Shown piece after piece: positions 21,101 to 28,449 of a stretch of DNA of 28,449 nucleotides (the first letter of the stretch is position 1; each line of letters begins with the position of its first letter). A program made the translations under genes and the position numbers. The stretch comes from Tubiluchus corallicola (taxonomy: Eukaryota > Animalia > Priapulida), in contig JAQGDQ010001705.1 of NCBI GenBank assembly GCA_030141605.1, positions 1 to 28,449 on the forward strand, in the 5' to 3' direction. The notes under the pieces are model-generated. The model made no database searches. It was not told the DNA's origin and worked only from the letters and a program-made list of their open reading frames with translations.

Positions 21101-24100
21101 TTGGACAGCAGCAGATCAACACCCGTACCAGATTATTGGCCCACTAGCAGCAGATCAACACCAGTACCAGATGATTGGCCCACTACTAAAAGTAAGTTCA
21201 ATACCTCGCTAGCGAACCCACTCTGCCCCCACAGACCATTAATGTTTATTTAAGATTAAGATTGTTCATTTATCTATATATATGTCTTTATATATATATA
21301 TATATATATTATGTCAAAAATACTGTTTGGGGGATTTTAATAATTTAATTTTGAATATTAGCACAGACTGCACAGCCAAGTCCTAATATCACTGTACAAG
21401 GTCGCCCAAAAAGTGAAAAGCAAGTGGCACAACAAATGTGGATAGATGGACTGTATAGCAATTGCACTCTTAAGAAAATATCATTTTGCCACATGCCTAT
21501 TGTGCAACAGAGAATTGCATCTTGGTTGGATCTTGGAATAAACCATTCTAGTCCAGGGAAGGTAGTTTCTGGAAAGTTCAGTTCTACTTTAAGCAAACAA
21601 GATATTTCAACGAAAAAGTGTTACAATGTAGTACTGAGGATAAAAGACGTGCAGCCATCAGATCTGAAAGATTATGTGCTAACTGCTGATACAACAGAAG
21701 GAACAGTTGAATACGTCATATCAGTACAAAGTATGTCACTAACATATTCTTATCTTATTTATCATAATATTTAGTCACATCATCTTTTGATCATGATAAA
21801 GAAGAGAAAAAAACAAGTGTACATCATACATCATACATATGCGGTATGGGGTATTGTACGGTTTGATCTTATTTGATATTCTTTCCCACCATAATTACAA
21901 ACCCATTTCACACCTTAATTCGTGGTGTCAGATGCTGCATGAGCTTTGAACTGGGTTTCTCACATAAAAGCAATTAATGCTTTTGTTTTAGTAAATCTAT
22001 TCGATGGGGAAAAGAAATTTAAGTTTGAAAATGTAAAGTGATGCTATAAGGAAATGACATAAAATTGTAAAACTATAAATTTACAAGCATAAGATATTAA
22101 CGTAAAAAGGAAAGTTGCTGTTTGGAGTTATAATACTTTATTGTGAGAATTATCCTAATTGTACCTCAGCCATTCCAGCTGGCGACCAAGTAGGGCGGAT
22201 CTAGGTGGCGGATCTAGATTAATGCCGAAATCCAATGAAATGGATGGATTCGTCTATTCAATGAATTTCCTTATAACTCTTCACGAGTCATTACCTTTCC
22301 ATAGAGAAACCATGTTATATATATGTGTGTGTGTGTGTGTGTGTTTATTGACTGATTAAGAGATAGACGAACATGATACTTTAGTTCAGTCTATAGATCA
22401 CTACAAAAAGGACTTTTGATCATATAACATGATCATTTCCGTCAAAAAATAACCGAGGAATTATTTATAAATTCTCACTACACACTTACTATCGCCTAAC
22501 ATGATCATTGCTGTCCAAAAACAGCTAAAGAGGTATCTACAAATTCACAATATGACATTGGGTTTCCATTGAAAAATTCATGCAGATCGTTAAAGTTCAG
22601 TTCAGTGTTATCTTCAATAAACTACAATAATTGAATGTTGATCGTTTAGCTATGTTTTTCAAAAGGTCCCCCAGTTGTGAGTACAGATGCCAAGACAGTG
22701 TACAAGGTAGAAATGCTATCCAGCCTAGATATAAAGTTCAATTTCTGTTGCCGACCAGAGTACAAGAAGGCTAGTTGGAGTTGGGGTACAGAAGAAGCCA
22801 GTAGCCTCCGTCTGTCTCCTTCGGAAGCAGCTGTCAGAAGTGGACGCCGTATAACTGCCAGGATTGAGAGTCAACCAAATGACAATTGTTACAGCACGAT
22901 GTTGAAGATTAGTCCGGTAGGACAAAAGAATTTTCGAAACTATCTGTTCACCATTAACAATGGAGGAAAAGAAGTGAGCTTTGGCGTAGCTGTTGGTAAG
23001 TTTTTCTGGTGTAAAATCCGTTCCATTCTAATATACCGATTCTAACATCAGAAGTGGCAAAAATGCTTTTGGGGCACTTGGCGTCTAGGTACGTCTATCG
23101 GATGCCATCCAAACTCGTGCGCTGCACATGGTATGTTCTGGTCTTACCGTAACTTGTTGGCCCATTGGACATTCTATAGCAACAATGGCTCTAATGTTTG
23201 TGACGTTTCTTTGCTATAATATTCTGTTCAAAAATTGCATCATTCACTACATTGCAAGTTTTGGTCATTGTTTCTTTTCACTTTGCATTATTACCGACCT
23301 TCTAAATGTGATTTGTTTTTACCACCTTGACAGCATATATTTTTACCATTTTGACCTTTCAGTCTTTGGAGTTGCTTTCTGGTGAGCTTAAGCTATGTTG
23401 TACTCTTGTTCCTTCTACAGCGATTTTAGGTCAAAATGTAGAGCAAATCACTTAAGTAAGTGATACAGTGAAAGCAGTCCATATAAGTGAGACAAAAATT
23501 CTAAAATGTGTACTTAGAAACAAAATAATTTTTAATTATTTAAAATCCCGTAGGAGGTGTCATTATCAGATGATGATAATAAAGTTTTTGTAAAATCAAT
23601 ATTTAGTTATCAGCATCCCCACAATGGGGTTGAAATAGTTATTATAACGTTTTCAGAAATGCTCTTCACACGTCTCGTGTCGTTCATAAATTTCTAAACC
23701 TTTTGTTAATTAGTGCTTTAATGAGATGATGAAACTTGTTGTACTCTGTTAAGTTGTGTTAACTTGTGTAAACCGCAATTTTTGCAGCTTTTTGTAAGTG
23801 TGATATACTTAAGTAGAGCAAGTCCAATTTCTTGTTTCAGTTAAATCTTACACATGGCTTGGGCTGGGAATTGGAATTGCGATTGTGTTGATCATTGTTG
23901 CAGCTGTAGTTTTGTCACGGGTGTCACGTTTGAGACGTAAGTAGATCACAAACTAATTACACTTCCATTTCCCCTAAACACATTGTAGCCTAAACCAATC
24001 TTAACAGACAGCAGAGCATTTGACCATATAAAAATAAAACATTTTTTATTGTTTATTGTTAATTTATGTTTTGCTTGGATCGTCAAATTGTGCCTTACTT

Positions 24101-24530
24101 CATTTTTAATGTACAACAATTGCCCATAACTGTTATTTGCGTGAACATTTATTAAATAAGAAATTGTACACAATTATACTGTGTAGTATATGTATATTTT
24201 GTGGTGTATTAGGTATATTGTGAGCATGTATATAAGTATATTTAAAAATGAGAGGATGATTAACGGATTTTCAGTTCTGCTGCCACAACTGAATGGGTAT
24301 GAGACAGCAAGGATGTCATACTGACGTCATATTTTAGCGAAGGTTGCGACTATCACTACATTTGACTTTTTTCAAATGTTGCAGGTAGCCATCCGCGCTC
24401 TGAACAAAACGCATCTAGAATCAGTTCATCATGGGGGAAAAGTCAGAGTAATGAAATCTGTGTAAGCGTCAAAAGCATAGCCACAGAGGGTCCAGAGGTG
24501 TCCGATACAGCCCTAGAGGACTCACAGTAA
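15066..24530 (+). CDS. Type I membrane Ig-superfamily protein (Kirre/NEPH/fasciclin-3-like), 10 coding exons: 15066-15120, 15758-15864, 17413-17632, 19702-19836, 20415-20600, 20850-21191, 21362-21730, 22666-22995, 23841-23936, 24385-24530; 1986 nt, 661 aa
   Basis: All junctions are GT-AG and phase-compatible. Encodes a signal peptide, five Ig-like domains, a Ser/Thr/Pro linker, a hydrophobic TM (WLGLGIGIAIVLIIVAAVVL), a basic stop-transfer segment and a short acidic tail. The family call rests on motif resemblance only. Confidence 0.85.
15758..15864 (+). CDS. IgSF exon 2, Ig D1 strands A-B (VSSMENILTRPEDTVIPQGTDGLVACVLNPLYWIE)
   Basis: Acceptor tttttgtgcag|GA, donor GAG|GTAAAT, phase 0. Confidence 0.85.
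15837..16133 (+). repeat. 76-bp tandem repeat x4 spanning the IgSF exon 2 donor
   Basis: TGTACTTAATCC starts at 15837, 15913, 15989 and 16065. Confidence 0.96.
17134..17334. repeat. Degenerate telomere-like (CCCTAA)n tract in IgSF intron 2
   Basis: Perfect CCCTAACCCTAACCCTAA core near 17174-17196 with many one-off hexamer variants. Confidence 0.85.
17413..17632 (+). CDS. IgSF exon 3, Ig D1 strands C-G (VSKVTWFKNGK...CSLVIRNASFEEDNADFYIQL...ARVLVP)
   Basis: 220 nt, absent from the ORF track. Acceptor cgcag|GTT, donor CAG|GTAAAC. Confidence 0.88.
17819..19272. repeat. 67-bp satellite, ~22 copies, in IgSF intron 3
   Basis: Unit GCAAGTGTGAATGCCTTTGCAAGTTCTCTCTGAAGTTATTGCACAAGTTTTCTCTGAGAGTGAACTC. 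Confidence 0.97.
19702..19836 (+). CDS. IgSF exon 4, Ig D2 first half (TLVCEITKCRPRPVVHWKIG)
   Basis: Acceptor tcctttattag|GC, donor G|GTAGGA. Confidence 0.88.
20017..20120 (+). repeat. Diverged duplicate of the IgSF exon 4 donor region (source ~19815-19920)
   Basis: TTGGAAAATTGGT(A/G)GGACTT and TTCTACGAGATT are shared at an offset of 202 bp. Confidence 0.85.
20415..20600 (+). CDS. IgSF exon 5, Ig D2 second half (VVSTLQYTFEAEDSGKEVFCEMF), CD80-like C2-set pattern
   Basis: Acceptor tttctttag|GT, donor T|GTAAGT. Confidence 0.88.
20850..21191 (+). CDS. IgSF exon 6, Ig D3 (LECQVDANPEPTFLW...YICTARN) plus S/T/P linker
   Basis: Acceptor tctctgtttacag|AT, donor A|GTAAGT; canonical C-W-C pattern. 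Confidence 0.9.
21362..21730 (+). CDS. IgSF exon 7, atypical Ig D4 (ISFCHMP...KKCYNVVLRIKDVQPSDLKDYVL)
   Basis: Acceptor aatattag|CA is the only phase-1-compatible AG nearby; donor A|GTATGT. Confidence 0.83.
22666..22995 (+). CDS. IgSF exon 8, atypical Ig D5 (FNFCCRP...WSWG...NCYSTMLKISPVGQKNFRNYLFTINN)
   Basis: Acceptor tttttcaaaag|GT, donor G|GTAAGT. Confidence 0.86.
23421..23455 (+). other. Candidate 35-nt cassette exon ending in an in-frame stop (AILGQNVEQIT*)
   Basis: Strong acceptor tactcttgttccttctacag| and consensus donor |GTAAGT; no transcript evidence. Confidence 0.45.
23841..23936 (+). CDS. IgSF exon 9, transmembrane (VKSYTWLGLGIGIAIVLIIVAAVVLSRVSRLR)
   Basis: Acceptor tttcttgtttcag|TT, donor C|GTAAGT; phase 1-1. 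Confidence 0.9.
24385..24530 (+). CDS. IgSF last exon, cytoplasmic tail (RSHPRSEQNASR...ALEDSQ*)
   Basis: Acceptor ttttttcaaatgttgcag|GT; open frame to TAA at 24528-24530; AATAAA downstream. An internal GTAAGC near 24462 could be an alternative donor. Confidence 0.72.
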
Positions 24531-24686
24531 GAACCAGAGATCTCTGAGGTAGCCGCAGAAGAATAGCTCGCTGGACTAAATACAAATTTGATAACTATAG
24601 TCTTCTAATAATTTTAATGATACCAGATTATTTTCATCTCTAGGATTGTTATAACACTTTATCTCATTATTGTTATTTGTATTCTA

Positions 24687-24692
24687 AATAAA
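24687..24692 (+). terminator. Putative polyadenylation signal of the IgSF gene
   Basis: AATAAA ~160 nt after the stop, followed by T/GT-rich sequence. Confidence 0.55.
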
Positions 24693-24920
24693 AATGAAGA
24701 AAAACAGTCAGAGCTGTGTGATCGTTACTTTGTCTTTATCATTTTTTTAATCAGATAAATTAGGCATAATAACTTTGGTGACCCCTAATTATATAGGTGG
24801 CGCTGCGGCGCAAAAACAGCAGTTTGACTTTCATTGAGCTCTGACAAAAATCATTGAATTTGGAGTGCTTGCGCAAAATTTAAACGTTTATCTAAGCTTA
24901 TTACATTTGATTATGATATG

Positions 24921-26006
24921 ATGGAGACACGAGCATCGAAAAATCCCAAAAGAACGCAGTCTGTTGCTGAGATGAGTGAACAAAACGCTTCCACTAGTAA
25001 CGCAGTCTGTTGCTGAGATGAGTGAACAAAACGCTTCCACTAGTAACGCAGTCTGTTGCTGAGATGAGTGAACAAAACGCTTCCACTAGTAACGCAGTCT
25101 GTTGCTGAGATGAGTGAACAAAACTCTTCCACTAGTAACGCGCCAAATAATTCAAATATGGCGGGAAAGCAAACGGCTTCGGAACAAACAGCTGATACTA
25201 CGCAAAATTTACCAACGAATACCCAGTCAATGCAAAACAACACGACGGCAGCAGGTGATCAGTCGGTCAGCCTACAGTGTTTGAATGCCATTCGAAGTTT
25301 ACAAGAGCAGGTTAGTGCATTAGACAAAAAATTTTCTGAAGAAACAGAAGAAATTAAGCAATCGCAACAGTTTATTTCAAACAGCTTTGAGGACATGAAA
25401 AAGGAAATTTCAGGCGTAGTCACACAGGTGAACTCACTTACAACTAAAGTAAAATCCCTGGAGTTAACAGTTGCTACATTACAAGAGTCGGTTAAAGACA
25501 AAGATGCAACCATTGACAGATTAGAACAGTATAGCAGGAGAGAATGTTTGGAGATTACTGGGATACCTGTGACAAAGGGAGAAGACACGGATGAGATTGT
25601 GAAAGATCTAGCAAACTCGATGGGAGTGCAAATAGATGACACTGACATCAGTGTGTCGCACAGATTACCGGCAAACGTAAGGAAAGAAACACCAAAAATC
25701 ATAGTGAAGTTTGCTAGGAAAACCAAGGGGGATGAGATGTATAAGAAAAGAGGCGAAGTCGCATATACCAGCGATTTACGTACAGGGAGTTACCATTATG
25801 GAAGGCAAAGAATCTACATTAATGAGAGCTTGACTCAAAAACGAAAACAACTGTTTTACGATGTTAAGCAGTTCAAAAAAGAAAAACATTTTAAATATTT
25901 GTGGACCAAAAATGGTAGAATTTTGTTAAAATACAATGATGAAAGTGAAGTGTTTGCCATAGAAACAGAAACAGATTTTCGCAAAGTAGTGAACAAAACA
26001 AATTAA
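24921..26006 (+). CDS. LINE ORF1p (coiled coil + RRM + CTD; L1-ORF1/FP25K-like), N-terminus interrupted by a 46-bp repeat; longest intact ATG frame starts at 25110
   Basis: Heptad coiled coil followed by LEQYSRRECLEITGIP, DISVSHRL, PKIIVKF, IYINESLT and KYLWTKNGRILLK. Confidence 0.88.
24953..25141 (+). repeat. 46-bp tandem repeat x4 inside the 5' end of ORF1
   Basis: CGCAGTCTG starts at 24955, 25001, 25047 and 25093. Confidence 0.96.
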
Positions 26007-26031
26007 AGTGTAAAAAATGTAAATATTATCA

Positions 26032-28449
26032 ATGCCAGTTAGGCACCCTTGCAATAAATGTGCTAGACCCTGTAAATATAATGAAAATTCTATTAACTGT
26101 GATAATTGTTATCAGTGGACCCATTTAAGGTGCACTGCTCTGACAATTAACCAATTCAATGTACTAGGAAGTAATAATGATATTTATTATTGTATTAAAT
26201 GCTTAAATGATATTTTCCCCTTCCAGGAACAAGAGAATGAGGATATACAAGAATTTTTTAGAATAGATGTATCCATGTCAACTCTGACCAGTCTACCTTC
26301 TTTGCGTGAGCTTTCTACTTTTACTAACTTATCCACTAATAATAATGATCCTGATAACTTTCTTCCTTATCAAGAAAGTAATTATTATAAACTGTCAACT
26401 CTATCTAGTCAAGATGACTTAGCAAATACCAGTAAGGATTTCACTTTTGTGCATTTTAATGTCAGTAGTATAAACAAAAATTACACTAGTATGTTAGACG
26501 TTCTTTTACACTTTCAAAACCCTCCTGACATTATAGCATTAAGTGAAACCCGTTTAAAAAAAGATCATATTTTTCTCACACCCTTACCTGGGTATCAATT
26601 TATTTGTGACGATTCCACAACCAATGCAGGTGGTTTTGGGATTGTATATCAGAAACTCTGTAATTTTTTCAGAAATGCCTAAATACAAAATGCACAACTC
26701 AGACTGTAAAAATGGCTCAACAAACCGTATGCAACTGGAGAATATGTGGATTGAAATAGAAACTCCACCCAACATCAAAAACATTTTATTTGGAGTCATC
26801 TACAGGCACCCAAATACTAACCTTGAAGAATTTCATGAAGAACTAGAAAGCAAATTATCCTTAATTAACAGAACTAACAAATTTTGCTATATATGCCGTG
26901 ACATAAATATTAACTTACTACATAGTGACAGCAAAACCTCAGTGACAAATTATACAAACATGTTATTCTCTAATAATTTTGTGCCAATTATAACTAAACC
27001 AACAAGAATAACTCATCACACTAATACACTCATTGATCATATTTATACAAATGACCTCACAAACCACGTAACACCTGGAATTTTGCTTTTTCAAGTAGCC
27101 GACCATCTTCCTATATTTGCAATTATAAAGCATACAAAACTGAAAATGAAATCCAACAAAATCACCACAAGAAATTTTAAAAATTCAACTGAACAAAATT
27201 TTTTAAATAACCTGCAGCTAGAATTAGCCAAAATAAATTTTAATGACTTGGAAACTAATGAGGGATTTAGCAAATTTAATGAAATACTCTTCAATGTGTT
27301 TAATAATCATTTTCCTTTGCAAACTCTGTCTAGGAAAGACACTATTACATTTCAAAAACCATGGATCACTAAAGGAATTTTAAATAGTATTAAAACCAGA
27401 TCACGTCTTTACAAATCACACAAACTCTCAAATAATTTATACAAACAAATCTACTACAAATCCTACTCAAATAAATTAAATCATGTCAAAGAATCATCAA
27501 AAAAACAATATTACACTGAAACATTGCAAAAACACAAGAATAACATGAAAAAAACTTGGGAAACAATAAACAGTATTATAAAAACTGATCCAAAAACACG
27601 ACAAACACCAAGTAAGTTAACAATAAATAATGTGGACTATACAGATACATATGATATTGCCAGTAAACTAAATGAGTTTTTTGTAAATATAGGCCCTGAC
27701 ATGGCTGCCAAAAAACCTAAACCTAACGTTAATTTTACTGACTTTTTAAAAAACCCTAACCCAAATTCTTTTTTCATTAATCCTATTACTGAAAATGAAA
27801 CATGCACACTTTTAAACACACTTAATTCAAACAAATCACCAGGACCACAAAATATACCAATATCTTTTTTTAAATCTGCAAGTCAAATTATTTCACCAAT
27901 ACTCACATTACTGTTTAATAAATCGGTTAATGCTGGAACTTTTCCAAATATATTAAAAATAGCAAAAGTTATTCCTTTATATAAAACTGGCTCTCCACAT
28001 GAACCTGGCAATTACAGACCAATATCTCTCTTATCACGAGTATCAAAAGTTTTTGAGAGGCTAATTTACAAGAGATTATACCAGTTTGTTGTGAAAAGTA
28101 ATATCCTAAGTAAATACCAGTTTGGTTTCAGAAAAAATTATTCAATTGCCCTTGCTGTATCCGAATTAATAGACACGATCTCTCTAGACACTGACAAAAA
28201 ATTACTGAATTGCGGAATATTTTTAGACTTATCAAAAGCTTTTGATACCGTACAGCATAGTATACTAATAGCCAAATTAAACCATTATGGCATCAGAGGT
28301 CTACCTTTGCAACTAATTCAGTCATATCTAACTAACAGAAAACAATTCATATCTATTAACAATGTATCATCAGACTATAAACACATATCGTGTGGAGTGC
28401 CACAATGCTCTAATTTAGGACCTCTTCTATTCTTAATTTATATTAACGA
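26032..28449 (+). pseudogene. LINE ORF2p: PHD finger - APE endonuclease - reverse transcriptase, with one +1 frameshift at ~26632-26641
   Basis: C4HC3 PHD, then HFNVSS and IALSETRL. After the shift the frame from 26642 is open to the window end: GVIYRHP, PTRIT, TLIDHIY, ADHLP, KPWIT, NYRPISLL, QFGFR, FLDLSKAFDTV, GVPQCSNLGPLLFLIYIND. Confidence 0.92.

Larger units (their letters stand above)
24780..28449 (+). mobile_element. CR1/L2-group (Crack-like) LINE retrotransposon, 5' portion; 5' boundary approximate, 3' end outside window
   Basis: ORF1 and ORF2 are separated by 25 nt, and all endonuclease and RT motifs up to YIND are present. Confidence 0.93.

Noticed and set aside
23841-23936. Identification of the IgSF gene as basigin/neuroplastin
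   Set aside because: No intramembrane Glu, and five Ig domains instead of two or three.
24275-24296. Possible micro-exon (ttttcag|...|gtatga) between the TM and last exon
   Set aside because: 22 nt would break the frame, and the splice sites are only moderate.
24399-24990. SEQNAS (TGAACAAAACGC) shared by the IgSF tail and the LINE ORF1 repeat
   Set aside because: A match of only ~12 nt with no flanking similarity; probably chance.
25259-25726. 155-aa antisense ORF (and similar antisense ORFs over SLC16 exons)
   Set aside because: Shadow frames of real coding sequence, with no recognisable motifs.

Overview
AT-rich, intron-containing metazoan (probably invertebrate) genomic DNA; not prokaryotic. 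I reconstructed two divergently transcribed genes by hand, each with canonical GT-AG junctions and consistent phases. (1) A 5-exon SLC16/monocarboxylate-transporter gene on the minus strand (CDS 10293 to 2122, 653 aa). (2) A 10-exon single-pass Ig-superfamily gene on the plus strand (CDS 15066-24530, 661 aa: signal peptide, 5 Ig domains, TM, short tail; Kirre/NEPH/fasciclin-3-like). A nearly intact CR1/L2-group (Crack-like) LINE follows, with ORF1 and a PHD-endonuclease-RT ORF2 that runs off the window. There are two older LINE RT fragments, a TTAA-flanked piggyBac-type MITE, and about a dozen tandem arrays covering roughly a quarter of the window. Several duplications copy splice sites. The most notable is a 76-bp x4 array that creates three latent in-frame 39-nt micro-exons in the B-C (CDR1-equivalent) loop of the first Ig domain. 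A candidate 35-nt stop-containing cassette exon also lies just before the TM exon. All splicing is predicted from sequence only.
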